This document shows, piece by piece, positions 26,862 through 36,829 of a stretch of DNA of 64,000 nt. The stretch's first letter is position 1; each line of letters opens with the position of its first letter. Where the stretch lies: positions 768,001-832,000 of the forward strand of contig CAXWPL010000005.1 of assembly GCA_963666215.2 (NCBI GenBank). Reading direction: 5' to 3'. The DNA is from Acidobacteriota bacterium (lineage in GTDB: Bacteria > Acidobacteriota > UBA890 > WLXD01). The position numbers were made by a program, and so were the translations under genes. Under the pieces are notes generated by a model that was not told the origin of the DNA, searched no databases, and saw only the letters and a list, made by a program, of their open reading frames with translations.

Positions 26862-27605
26862 CTAGGCCCGGCCCGAGCCGAAGGCCGACGTGCCGTAGGT
26901 GAAGTCGAGGGTCGCTGGCGACATCACGTCGGCGGGAGCGCCGCGTTCCACCACGGCCCCGGCACGCAACAGCACCACCTCGTCGGCCAGACGCCGCGCA
27001 AGCTCCAGATTGTGCGTTGCCATGACAATCGCCGCACCTCCGGCCAGCAACTCGGCGAGCGTGGATTGCAACTCCAGGGCAAACCCGGGGTCGAGAGAGG
27101 CCAAGGGTTCGTCCAGAAGCAACACCGGCGGCTCGGCGACGATGGCACGTGCCAGCATGACCCGTCGCTGCTCACCGCCGCTGATCCGATCGAACTCGCG
27201 CCGCAGCAGTTGCCGGCCGCCCACGCGCCGCAACGCCGCGACCACACGACGCCACTCCGCCAAGCTCTCCCAACCACGGGCCGGCATGAGCGGATACAGC
27301 CCCATGAGCACGACCTCGTAAACCGCCAGACCGGTGGCGCGCGGGGATGCCTGCGGCAGATAGCCCACCAGCCGCGCTCGATGCGCCGCGTCGACATCGG
27401 CCAGATTGTCGCCGTCGATGGCAACATGTCCGGAGTTCGGCTTCTCGACGCCGGCGAGTAGCCGCAAGAGCGTGGTCTTGCCGGCGCCGTTGGCGCCCAG
27501 CAAGGCGCAGCACTCGCCGCCGTCGGCGGCAACGTGCACGTCTCGAAGCAACGGCGCGTCGTAGCCGAACTCCAACTGGTCAGCCTCGAGCAGCGGAGCC
27601 GGCAT
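26862..27605 (-). CDS. btuD: Cobalamin/iron-chelate ABC ATPase
   Basis: GANGAGKT, ISGGEQRR, LLDEP. Confidence 0.85.
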   Translation of the reverse strand: MPAPLLEADQLEFGYDAPLLRDVHVAADGGECCALLGANGAGKTTLLRLLAGVEKPNSGHVAIDGDNLADVDAAHRARLVGYLPQASPRATGLAVYEVVLMGLYPLMPARGWESLAEWRRVVAALRRVGGRQLLRREFDRISGGEQRRVMLARAIVAEPPVLLLDEPLASLDPGFALELQSTLAELLAGGAAIVMATHNLELARRLADEVVLLRAGAVVERGAPADVMSPATLDFTYGTSAFGSGRA

Positions 27606-29737
27606 CAACGGGCCCCTAGCCGCAGGCCCACGAAGAGCTGTCGTCCCGGCGACCGAAAGCCGAACACTTCCTCAACGTGGGCAGCGCCAACATTCTCGAG
27701 GCGTGTGAACAGCTCCACACCGGCTGCGAGCTCTCGTGAAACCGCCAAGGTGAACGTCGTGAAGGCGTCGAGCGTGACCCTCCCCGTGGGACCCGCGTCG
27801 GCCCGGGCACCCTTGGCGAGCATCTCGCCGAACACGAGCCACCCGTCCCGCGGGCCAAGAGTCGCTCTCAGGCTCGCGACGTGCCGTGGCCGGCGCAGCA
27901 ACTGCGCCCCGCCCACCACTTCTTGCCCTCGTCCGCCCACTTCCTCCGCTCTTGTAAACGTATAGCTGCCATCAATTCGTAGAGCCCGTGGAGCCCCCGA
28001 CCCGCTCGGCGCCCATTGCAACGTCACCTCGACCCCCTCCGTGCTCGCCTGGCCGATGTTCTCGGCCACGAACGTCGCGAACGAGAACTGGATCAAATCG
28101 TCGATATCGTTGTGGTAGTAGGTGGCATCGGCGAGAAGTCCGGCGTCGCGGAAGTAGAGTTCCGCGCCTGCGTCGTAACCGGTGCTGCGCTCGGCATCGA
28201 GCGCCGGATTGCCGAAGCCCGGGAAGAAGAGGTCGGTTAGCGAGGGCGCGCGGAACGCTCCTCCCAGCGAGCCGTGCAGCCGCAGCACGTCGGTAGCCCG
28301 AGCCGACGCCGTGACCCGTAGGCCAAGATGGTCGCCGAACGTGCTGTGATTCTCGTACCGCGCCCCAACGCTGAACGCCATGCTGTCGCCGACCCGCAGA
28401 TGATCGGTGGCAAAGACTCCGACACTCTCGATCGATTCGTCGACGCTGGTGTTGCCGAACGGAGAACGGCTGAGAACGTTGGCCGCCTCGCGACGGTATT
28501 CGAGACCACCCATGAGTCGGTGCCGCGCGCCGAGCTCGATCTCGTTCTGCCAGTCGACCTCGGCGATCGAGGCGTCGGTGGTGCCGCCGGTGAAGAACGC
28601 GCCGTCCGGATCATCGAGGTCGAGATCCTGCTGCGTTCTCGACAGCGTCAACCAGCTCGACCAGCCGTCGCCGCGATAGCCTGCGCGCCCGCCAACGTAG
28701 AGCTCACGCGTCATCTGGACAAAATTGTCGTCGTCGACGGGCCCAACCCCGAAAACGAATCCATCGAGGTCGGCTCGCGCGTCGAAACCTCGTACGAACG
28801 CCTCTACTTGCCACCCCGCGTTCGAGCGGTGGCCAAGTCGGGCATCGAAGGCGACGTTGCGGTAGCCGTCCGACTCGCCATCGGGCGGGTCCAGAGTCGC
28901 CGAATCGCCGCTCGAATCGAGATAGGAAAAGCCAGCGCTGTAGTCGACCTGCGCGCTCGTCCCGCTGAGCGTCACGCCGCCGCGTCCGACACCCGCGCCG
29001 CCACCCTCGACATCGATCTCGATCAACATCTCGGCTGGCTCGCCCAATCCGGCACCGGGGCGGCGCGTCACGATGTTGACAACGCCGCCGATTGCCTCCG
29101 AACCGTAGAGCACACCCTGCGGCCCGCGCACGATCTCGAGGCGCTCAACGCGTGCCGCCGGCAGATGCGCGAAGTCGTAGGCTCCGGTGGTCGCCAGGTT
29201 GAGCTTGACACCATCGAGCAGCACGAGCAGATGGTTGGAGTTCGTGCCGCGGGAAAAGACGCTGGTCACCGAGCCGGGCCCGCCGGTCGGGACGACGGCC
29301 AGTCCGGGAACCCAGTTGAGCACCTGATGGAGCCAGCGGGCACCGCTGGCACGAATCTGCTCGCGATCGATCACCGACACGGAACTGCCGATCTCGGGCA
29401 GCGTCACTGTGAGACGCTCCGCGGTCACGACGATCTGCTCGTCGACCGCGAGCCTGTCGGCGGACGACTGGGCATCGGCCTGCGATTCCTCGACCTGCTC
29501 GCCCGCCGTTGCCTGAGAAGCTGCCGAGACGCCACGCGAAACGCTGTGGGTCGGAGCCTGGGCTTGCCCCTCGGCCAGAGAGGGCCAGGCCATCGCGGTG
29601 GCCAAACCGGCGGCCGCGAAGAGAATCGCACCCGCGGGACGAAAGGCCCTGACACAGGCGGCGGTGGCGGAAAAGCGCATCGCGTTCGAGCGACGGCGAA
29701 CAGTAGACAACCGGAGTAGAGACCGGGCTTCGTGCAT
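27605..29737 (-). CDS. btuB: TonB-dependent cobalamin receptor
   Basis: EQIVVTA TonB box, plug motifs RG..LVLLDG and LEIVRGPQGVLYGSEAIGGVVNI; directly downstream of B12 riboswitch. Confidence 0.88.
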   Translation of the reverse strand: MHEARSLLRLSTVRRRSNAMRFSATAACVRAFRPAGAILFAAAGLATAMAWPSLAEGQAQAPTHSVSRGVSAASQATAGEQVEESQADAQSSADRLAVDEQIVVTAERLTVTLPEIGSSVSVIDREQIRASGARWLHQVLNWVPGLAVVPTGGPGSVTSVFSRGTNSNHLLVLLDGVKLNLATTGAYDFAHLPAARVERLEIVRGPQGVLYGSEAIGGVVNIVTRRPGAGLGEPAEMLIEIDVEGGGAGVGRGGVTLSGTSAQVDYSAGFSYLDSSGDSATLDPPDGESDGYRNVAFDARLGHRSNAGWQVEAFVRGFDARADLDGFVFGVGPVDDDNFVQMTRELYVGGRAGYRGDGWSSWLTLSRTQQDLDLDDPDGAFFTGGTTDASIAEVDWQNEIELGARHRLMGGLEYRREAANVLSRSPFGNTSVDESIESVGVFATDHLRVGDSMAFSVGARYENHSTFGDHLGLRVTASARATDVLRLHGSLGGAFRAPSLTDLFFPGFGNPALDAERSTGYDAGAELYFRDAGLLADATYYHNDIDDLIQFSFATFVAENIGQASTEGVEVTLQWAPSGSGAPRALRIDGSYTFTRAEEVGGRGQEVVGGAQLLRRPRHVASLRATLGPRDGWLVFGEMLAKGARADAGPTGRVTLDAFTTFTLAVSRELAAGVELFTRLENVGAAHVEEVFGFRSPGRQLFVGLRLGAR

Positions 29738-29772
29738 GGCACCCCCCCGTCGGAGGTCGACCCGTGACGAGG

Positions 29773-30040
29773 GTCGTTTGGACGGTCTCCTGGCTCTCGG
29801 ATCGACCTACTCACCGTCGCCTTCCCAGGGATTTCCCAGTGGCGTTCCGGACGCTCGGCTGGCGGCTCGCGCTGCTCAGGATGAGCTGCGAGCCCCCGAT
29901 CGCCCTCGGACGGTTTTCGTCCCCGATTACAGTTGCGGGGCAGCGCGGGATTCACACCCGCTTCCCGTTGTTGGGTTTGCTGTTTGTTGTTGAAAGAACA
30001 TGGCCGTGCGTCGACCAGCGGGCCCCCACCTTCAACGAAG
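29773..30040 (-). ncRNA. Cobalamin (AdoCbl) riboswitch; boundaries approximate
   Basis: Minus strand: GGGAAGCGGGTGTGAATCCCGCGCTGCCCCGCAACTGTAA..GCCACTGGGAAA..GGGAAGGC..AGCCAGGAGACC. Confidence 0.92.
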
Positions 30041-30217
30041 GAGCGGCACTCGCGTCGAACGAAGCCGGGGCTCTTATAGCATGGCCGCCTCGAGCGTGGC
30101 GATTCCGCTCGCCGCGAGATCCGGCTCGTCCAAGCGAGCCAAGGCGCCGTAGCCCGTGAGATCCAAACAACGCAACCACCAGCGCGAAGTCACGTGCGTA
30201 GAATCAGGATCCGGTTC

Positions 30218-31927
30218 GTGACACCGCCATCGCTGTTGATCCGGGGCGGCACGATCTACGACGGGCTCGGCAACCCGCCTGAGCGGCTCGATCTTCTCGT
30301 CGAAGGCAACACCATCGTCGATCTACCGGCACGCGGCTCCGCAACCGTAGCCGACCGGGTTATCGACGCCGAAGGCCTGGCCGTCGCGCCCGGATTTATC
30401 GACATTCACAGCCACTCCGACCTGGCGGTCCTGCATCCGGCCGCCCGCGATCTGATGGCTCCCTTCGTAGCGCAAGGGATCACCACCCAAGCGATCGGCA
30501 ACTGCGGCCTTGGAGTCGCTCCTGCGCCGCGCTCGCGACGCGACCACCTGCTCGCGTTCATGGCGCTACTGGTGCCCGCCGGGTTCGAGAGCGTCGGCAT
30601 CCGATGGACCAGCTGCCGTGACTATTTCGCGGCTCTGGCCACTGCCCACTTGCCGCTCAACGTAGCGCCGCTTGCAGCTCACGGAGCGCTCCGCTGTGCC
30701 GTCATGGGAGCCAAATCAGGGCCGGCGCGTGGCAGCGACCTGAAGCGAATCGGCCAGGCTCTCGATGAGGCGCTCAACGCCGGGGCGCTCGGGCTGTCGG
30801 CCGGGCTCATCTATCCCCCCGGCATGTGGGCCGATACCGACGAGCTCGAAGCCCTCTGCCGGCGTGTGGCGGCGGTCGACGGCCTGTTTGCCTGCCATGT
30901 GCGTGGATCGAGCGAATTGGCCGTCCACGCCCAGCGGGAGCTGCTCCAGTTAGGCAAGAACACGGGGACTTCGCTGCAGCACTCGCATCACGAGGCGTTC
31001 GGCCCCGGGTACTGGCACCTCGTAGACGAAACGATGCGGCTCGAGGACGATGCGCGGGCCGCAGGTGTCGATGTCGCCTCCGACGTCATCCCCTACCACG
31101 CTGTCAACACCACGCTCCTGTCAATCTACCCACCCTGGGCTCTGGAGGGAGGCGTCGAGGCGCTGTGCCTACGTCTGCGCGATGAAACCACGCGCCACCG
31201 CATCGCCGCCGAGATCGAAGGCCGCGAGCCTCTCTGGCCACCGTGGCGGGACGGCTGGGCGCACAACCTGATCAGGGCCGGCGGCTGGGACAATGTGTTC
31301 GTTCTGCAGGCGGCCAATCCCGCCTATTCACGCTGGCTCGGGCGCAGCTTGAGCGCCGTGGCGGCGGCCGAGGGCAGCAGCCCGTTCGAGTGCGCGGCTC
31401 GCCTCACCCAGGCCTGCGGCGGCGACGTGATGGCGCGCTACCACGGCGTTACCGGTGCGCCTGGCGACGACGGCCGGCTGCGGTCGCTGATTGCGCACCC
31501 CGACAACGCGATCGGCGTGGACGTGATCCTCAACGGTGACGGCGTATCGCACCCGGGAGGACACGGCGCGATGCCACGTGTGCTCGGTACGTACAGTCGT
31601 GAGCGTGGCTGGCTGTCGTTGTCACAAGCGATCCGTAAGATCACGTCACTGCCAGCCGCCAGGCTGGGCATCACCGATCGCGGCAGATTGGCGCCGGGCC
31701 GCGCCGCGGATATCGTGCTGTTCGATCCGCTCACCGTTGGCGAGCGCGGCACCTTCGAGCACCCGGATCGGCCGCCTCGCGGCATCGAATGGGTGGTGCT
31801 GAACGGGCGCGTGGCCATGGAAGCGGGACGCCTGACGAGTCTTTCGGGGTCATCGGCACGCGGTTACTTGCTGCGGCGCGGATCGTGGAAGGGCGCTCGA
31901 GCTGAACCCCTACCTGCGAGCCAATGA
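30218..31927 (+). CDS. N-acyl-D-amino-acid deacylase (amidohydrolase family)
   Basis: APGFIDIHSHSD, GITT..GNCG, GLIYPPG, RGRLAPGRAADIVLFDP. Confidence 0.88.
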   Translation: MTPPSLLIRGGTIYDGLGNPPERLDLLVEGNTIVDLPARGSATVADRVIDAEGLAVAPGFIDIHSHSDLAVLHPAARDLMAPFVAQGITTQAIGNCGLGVAPAPRSRRDHLLAFMALLVPAGFESVGIRWTSCRDYFAALATAHLPLNVAPLAAHGALRCAVMGAKSGPARGSDLKRIGQALDEALNAGALGLSAGLIYPPGMWADTDELEALCRRVAAVDGLFACHVRGSSELAVHAQRELLQLGKNTGTSLQHSHHEAFGPGYWHLVDETMRLEDDARAAGVDVASDVIPYHAVNTTLLSIYPPWALEGGVEALCLRLRDETTRHRIAAEIEGREPLWPPWRDGWAHNLIRAGGWDNVFVLQAANPAYSRWLGRSLSAVAAAEGSSPFECAARLTQACGGDVMARYHGVTGAPGDDGRLRSLIAHPDNAIGVDVILNGDGVSHPGGHGAMPRVLGTYSRERGWLSLSQAIRKITSLPAARLGITDRGRLAPGRAADIVLFDPLTVGERGTFEHPDRPPRGIEWVVLNGRVAMEAGRLTSLSGSSARGYLLRRGSWKGARAEPLPASQ

Positions 31928-32081
31928 GAGTGGCAGAGGGGACCAGCAATGCTCGGGCGCGGCAACGGACGGCGGCCCGCTGGCGAGCCGCCGCCGGAGA
32001 CCCGTTGTTCTGGGCCTCGCCGCAGCGTACTCTGGCAGGTGGCCTTGAGAACGATCCACAGTTGTTTGGGGGTGAAGAACC

Positions 32082-33200
32082 TTGAAGACCACCACACAGG
32101 CCAACCGTGATCGCATGCCACTCGCTTCGTTGATGTTGGCGATCTTGCTCGCAACCCCACTGATCGCCATCGCGCAAGCGCCTGACGTGAACATCAACAC
32201 GGCGCGCGCCGCACTGGCGCAGCGTCAGCCCGACCGCGCCTTGAATCTGCTCGATGGCGTAGTCCTGCAGCAGCCGTTGAACACGATGGCGCACTACTAC
32301 CGCGGCATGGCCCTCGGACTGCTCGCGCGCCATGAAGAAGCGCAGCATTCGTTCCTCACCGCCGCGGCGCTCGCCCCGGGCTTCGCCGACGCGCATCGTT
32401 ACGCGGCGGTGGCGTCGTACCAGCTCGGCGATACGACACGCGCGTGGGAGCAATCGATCCTCGCGGCCCGCGCCGGCTCCGACATGAACGACGCCTTCTC
32501 GCTGCTTCGAGCCACGGGGGACGAGCCCGCCGACCTCGCCACGCGGCTCGACGCGCCCTTGATCTACGTCACCACGCCCGACCTTACCGGCGTCATCCAT
32601 GCCCGCAACTGGGGTTTCGAAGACCGCGTCGGCGGAGTGGAGTCGATCGCGACCGGTGTCGGAACGGAATCGCAGGGTGAAGCGATCCTCAACAGCGACA
32701 TGCCCTACAACATGGCCTACTCCGAAGAAACCGGCGGCAGCATTACGACAGCGGCGCGAACCAACTACAGCTCGCAGCAAATGCTGCAGGAAAACCAGGG
32801 GCGCATCGACGAGGTGCTGCGACAGTTCCGCACCATGATCGCCGCGTCGCAGAAGATCGGCCTCGTGGCCTCCCCCGACCTTGCCCGCTACGAGCTGCAG
32901 CTGGTTGTCAACGAGCTGTCGGGTGCGATGGCCGGCAAGCTGGTCGGATGCGATCTCATGCCTACCGGTAGCGGCGGCGGCGGCTTTGGTGACGCGGACG
33001 TCGACACCGATGTCTACAACGCCTACCACCCCAAGAAATTGCGCGGAAAGCTCGTGCTCCGTAACAACGTCACGGGTGAGACGGTTCACGAGATGACGGT
33101 CGATATGCGCGATATCTCGTCGATAGCCGACTTGCAGTTCCGCGTGGCCGGTTATGTGCAACAACTACAGGTATGGGTGTCTGGGCGCACGGGTAACTAG
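32082..33200 (+). CDS. Secreted TPR-repeat protein
   Basis: Signal peptide; TPR helices (AHYYRGMALGLLARHEEA); C-terminal domain unrecognised. Confidence 0.7.
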   Translation: MKTTTQANRDRMPLASLMLAILLATPLIAIAQAPDVNINTARAALAQRQPDRALNLLDGVVLQQPLNTMAHYYRGMALGLLARHEEAQHSFLTAAALAPGFADAHRYAAVASYQLGDTTRAWEQSILAARAGSDMNDAFSLLRATGDEPADLATRLDAPLIYVTTPDLTGVIHARNWGFEDRVGGVESIATGVGTESQGEAILNSDMPYNMAYSEETGGSITTAARTNYSSQQMLQENQGRIDEVLRQFRTMIAASQKIGLVASPDLARYELQLVVNELSGAMAGKLVGCDLMPTGSGGGGFGDADVDTDVYNAYHPKKLRGKLVLRNNVTGETVHEMTVDMRDISSIADLQFRVAGYVQQLQVWVSGRTGN

Positions 33201-33993
33201 CTGGCCCAACGCGACCATCGCTCTCGAACGCCGCCGTCGGGCCTACTTCTTCGCACTGGCCCTCATAGCGTTTGTCGCTGGCGGCTGTATCGATCTCGCT
33301 ACACGCGGTCGTGACGTTGTCACCGTGTTGGCACCGATCGATGTCGAGGGCGCTCTCGAGACCGCGCTTGACACCTTCCAGGCGGCCGTCTCCGACGTGC
33401 GCCACCGTGGCGTCTACGCGGGGGGTGCCGAGCACGCAAGCCGAGTTGCGAGCGATGAGGCCGCAGCAATCGTCATCACAGGCCACTCGAGCTTGGCTGA
33501 TTTCATCGCCGAGAAACGGGCGGTCATCGAGCGCTTGACCATTGCTGGCGATGACCTCGTTATCGTCGCCAACTCGGGCAGTCAGCTGGCACAGAACACC
33601 GACCCGGGCGTGCTGATGCGGGCTGCTGTCACGAGCGTGGCGATTCCCGACACCGCTGCCGAGCCTGCCGGCATGTATGCCCGTGAAGCGCTGCTGCGCT
33701 TCGGAATCTGGAGTCGCTTGGAGCCACGCGTCTTGGCCGTAACGAGCGTGTCGAAGGCGCTCGAGGCCCTACAGACCGGGGAGGCTCAGGCCGCCATCGT
33801 GCTGGGCTCCGCTCTCGAGAACGCCCAACTGGACCGGCTGACAATCGACCCCTCCTATCATCAGCCCATCCGATTCGAAATTCTCCTGCTCGACAACACC
33901 GAAATCGCCGCTGGCGAGCTCTTTCGCTTCATTTCTGGGCCTCAGGGCCAGTCGGTGTTCCAAGCTGCGGGGTTCGCTCCACCGCCGTCCTAG
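33154..33993 (+). CDS. ModA-like substrate-binding lipoprotein (degenerate)
   Basis: Lipobox AGGC; AIPD..EPAGMYAREAL, GEAQAAIV, HQPIRF, GQSVFQAAGF match ModA architecture; start uncertain. Confidence 0.7.
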   Translation: MCNNYRYGCLGARVTSWPNATIALERRRRAYFFALALIAFVAGGCIDLATRGRDVVTVLAPIDVEGALETALDTFQAAVSDVRHRGVYAGGAEHASRVASDEAAAIVITGHSSLADFIAEKRAVIERLTIAGDDLVIVANSGSQLAQNTDPGVLMRAAVTSVAIPDTAAEPAGMYAREALLRFGIWSRLEPRVLAVTSVSKALEALQTGEAQAAIVLGSALENAQLDRLTIDPSYHQPIRFEILLLDNTEIAAGELFRFISGPQGQSVFQAAGFAPPPS

Positions 33994-34132
33994 CCACATC
34001 TCGAGGCCGGCAGCGAGACCTCCAAACGCTGACCCGCGCTCCGCATAGCGACCGAGCGGCGAACCCACCTGTAGAATCCCCGCTTCTCCGTTTCCCCGCG
34101 TCCCCGCGTCCCCGCTCAAAGGGCTCGACGGG

Positions 34133-35923
34133 GTGTGGAGTCGCGTACCTTTCCAAGCTCGCACGGCCACGCCGCGGCCCGCTGAAGAGCGTCGAAATGA
34201 TGCCGTCGATGATCCCCTTCAGATTCGTGAGCGCGTCAGGGCCTGTGCGCGGCAACCCGCTGTCGACCCGCGTGTCGTGGCCGGCCACCAACGGGTCGCC
34301 GCAGCTTTGAGCTCCGGACTGTTCGAACGGCTGCGCCTACCACCTACTCTCGTCGTTCTGTACCTGATCGTCGTGGCCGTGGGCGTTTTCCTTCTGCGCG
34401 AGCCCGCCTACCTCGTACCGGTTCTGGCGCTGCAGCTCCTGCTTTGGGCACTGGCACGGCAACCGGCCGGCGACGTCATCCGCCTGTTGCGCAGGCTGCA
34501 GGTGTTCTTCTTCTTCATCCTCGTGTCGTTCATCTTCTTCCCCGACAGCGGCGCCGACCCGGCCTGGGTCCGCCTCCCTCTCGGCCCGATCCCATGGCAA
34601 CCGTGGGTGTCGCTCACTGGGCTCAGGGCCGGCCTGCTGATGTGCCTGCGCATGTACACCGTGGTGTTCACGTCGATGCTGGTTCGGCGAGCAATCCGTG
34701 CCGACGAATTCGTCAGCGGCTTGCGCGGCCTTCTTCTACCCGTGCCGCTGGCGCTGGTTCTGGACACCACGCTGCACATGCTCGAGCCGGAACAGCGACG
34801 TCGAGTCCAAGAAGGCAAGGGCGGCGGCGGCACAGGCGCCGGTCGCGGTGGAGCGCCGGGCGGCGGTGGCGGCGGCCAGGGTGGTGGTGGTGGTGGTGGT
34901 GGCGCGCGCGGAGTCGCTGTGGTGCTGCGCGACGTGCTGCACGGCGATGTTGGCTTCTTCACCGACCGTATCGAGGCGGCACTGCAACGAGCCGGCGGCT
35001 ACGTGCGCGAGCGTCACGTCGATCTCTCCGTTGAACGCGCCCGCGATCTGGGCGTGGTCAGCGGGGTAACCCTCACCATGCTGAGCGTGAAGTGGCTCAA
35101 GATCCTGCCAGGTCTGCCGATCGCGCCCGGGCACAAGGCCGTCCTGTTGCTGCCGCTCTACATCCTGACCGCCGAGCTCACCCACAGCCGTTGGGGAGCA
35201 ACGCTGGTGGGGTCGAGCATGGGCGTGATCGGATTTCTGATGGGCGACGGTCGCTACGGCATCTTCGAGATTCTCAAGCACATCACGCCAGGCCTGATCG
35301 TCGACCTGCTGTTGCCCCTCGTGCGCCTCGGAGCCGGCCGCGAGCCGCACCAGGCGAGCCGCCTGGGGTCGGCCCTACGCTACGGCCTGGTGGGACTGAT
35401 CGCCTCCCTCGGTCGCTTCGCCACGATCGTCGGGGTGGCCTTTCTCATGGGCGCTCCGCAAGCTTTCTACGCGTTGGTGGCTCCTCTGGCGCTGGTGCAC
35501 CTGGGCTTCGGAGCCGCCAGCGGGCTGGTGAGCTACGCGATCATGCAGTCGGTCGGACGCTTGCGTGCCCAGGTCGATGAAGACGCCCGGGCGCAAGAAC
35601 CCTCGATCGCCACCTCGACGAGGACCGTCGAGGAGGCACCCCATCAAGACCGCCTCGGCGGCGGCGGTCGTGACGGTGGTGGCGGTGGCGGTCGTGGCGG
35701 TGGCGGCGGTCGTGGTGGTAGTGCCGGCGGCGGCGGTGGTGATGACAGTGCCAGTGGCGGCGGCGGCGGTGGCGGCGACGGTGGTCGTCGTGAAAGCGGC
35801 GGCGGTGCTGGCGGTGTCAGTAGCGGCGGCGGCGGTGGCGGTAGTGGCGACGGTGGTGGTCGTGAAAGCGGCGGTGGTGCTGGCAGGGTCAGTGGCGACG
35901 GAAACCGCGGAGGCCGCGGCTGA
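34133..35923 (+). CDS. Membrane protein, putative ECF T-component + S-component fusion with Gly-rich tracts
   Basis: EcfT/CbiQ-like N-half (RM..VF..DEFVSGLRGL.LP..LALVL); multi-TM C-half (PGHK, WGATLVG); start uncertain. Confidence 0.6.
   Translation: MWSRVPFQARTATPRPAEERRNDAVDDPLQIRERVRACARQPAVDPRVVAGHQRVAAALSSGLFERLRLPPTLVVLYLIVVAVGVFLLREPAYLVPVLALQLLLWALARQPAGDVIRLLRRLQVFFFFILVSFIFFPDSGADPAWVRLPLGPIPWQPWVSLTGLRAGLLMCLRMYTVVFTSMLVRRAIRADEFVSGLRGLLLPVPLALVLDTTLHMLEPEQRRRVQEGKGGGGTGAGRGGAPGGGGGGQGGGGGGGGARGVAVVLRDVLHGDVGFFTDRIEAALQRAGGYVRERHVDLSVERARDLGVVSGVTLTMLSVKWLKILPGLPIAPGHKAVLLLPLYILTAELTHSRWGATLVGSSMGVIGFLMGDGRYGIFEILKHITPGLIVDLLLPLVRLGAGREPHQASRLGSALRYGLVGLIASLGRFATIVGVAFLMGAPQAFYALVAPLALVHLGFGAASGLVSYAIMQSVGRLRAQVDEDARAQEPSIATSTRTVEEAPHQDRLGGGGRDGGGGGGRGGGGGRGGSAGGGGGDDSASGGGGGGGDGGRRESGGGAGGVSSGGGGGGSGDGGGRESGGGAGRVSGDGNRGGRG
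35655..35920. repeat. GGC/GGT low-complexity repeat encoding a Gly-rich tail
   Basis: Visible trinucleotide-rich tract; RESGGGAG unit occurs twice. Confidence 0.85.
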
Positions 35924-35975
35924 ATAGGCCACGGCCTCCAGCAACGCCGCCAGCGCCGGGCGCCCGCCGCGGCGC

Positions 35976-36773
35976 TCAGTCGGCGCGAATAATCGTGCCG
36001 ACGTGCTCGCCGTTGAGTGCCCGCGTCAGGTTGCCGCGCTCCAGGCCGTTGAAGACGTGGATCGCGCGACAGTGGATCGCCCGCGACAGGTACGTAAACA
36101 CCACGCGCTCGATGATCAGGTCGTCGAGATCGCGCTTCATGAGCTCCGAAACGGTGATCTCGGGAATGAATTCGGCGCCAGGATCTTTCTTGGGATCGGC
36201 GGTGAACAGTCCGCGCTCGTCCTTGGCGAAATAGGCCATATCACAGCCCAACGCCTCCGCCGCCAAGAAGACCCCGGCGTCGGTACGATTCTGTGGAATG
36301 CGCGTCCCGGCCATGGGCTTCTCCCAGTACTCGTGCGGCGGCATGCCACTGATCACCGGAATGCCGCCGATCATGAAGTACAGCGGCAGCTTCTCGAAGT
36401 CCTCGTGCAGGATGAAGATGCCACCGTGCTTGGCGAGCAGCATCTGCAACATGCGCGCGTTCTGCATCGGGACGGCGCCGCCGAGGCGCGCCATCACACC
36501 GGTTGGCAGCTCGAGGTCGAGACCCACCGCGTAGGCGTGTCGGGCTCTGGTGCCACCACCGGCGCCGATCAGGATGTGATGGTCCTTGGCGCACGCGGCA
36601 ATCTCGTCTACGAGCGGATACAACGCGGCTCGACCGCGATCCATCACCGACTGGCCACCCACCTTCACGACTTTGGTGTCCGGCAGGATCCGGTACACCT
36701 CGGTGGGCTCTGAGCTCAATTCGACCGTGCGACCGATCTCGTGCCGTTCGGGCGATTCAGAATTTTCAGACAT
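35976..36773 (-). CDS. mosB: Molybdenum storage protein beta-subunit-like (amino-acid kinase fold)
   Basis: RILPDTKVVKVGGQSVMDRGRAALYPLVDEI, GTRARH, GMPP, RTDAG, GNLTRALNGEHVGTII closely recall Azotobacter MosB. Confidence 0.82.
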   Translation of the reverse strand: MSENSESPERHEIGRTVELSSEPTEVYRILPDTKVVKVGGQSVMDRGRAALYPLVDEIAACAKDHHILIGAGGGTRARHAYAVGLDLELPTGVMARLGGAVPMQNARMLQMLLAKHGGIFILHEDFEKLPLYFMIGGIPVISGMPPHEYWEKPMAGTRIPQNRTDAGVFLAAEALGCDMAYFAKDERGLFTADPKKDPGAEFIPEITVSELMKRDLDDLIIERVVFTYLSRAIHCRAIHVFNGLERGNLTRALNGEHVGTIIRAD

Positions 36774-36829
36774 TGTCTCGCTTTCCGGCGACGGGCGATG
36801 CTCGCCACGGGCCTCTCGCCGTCCTGGCC

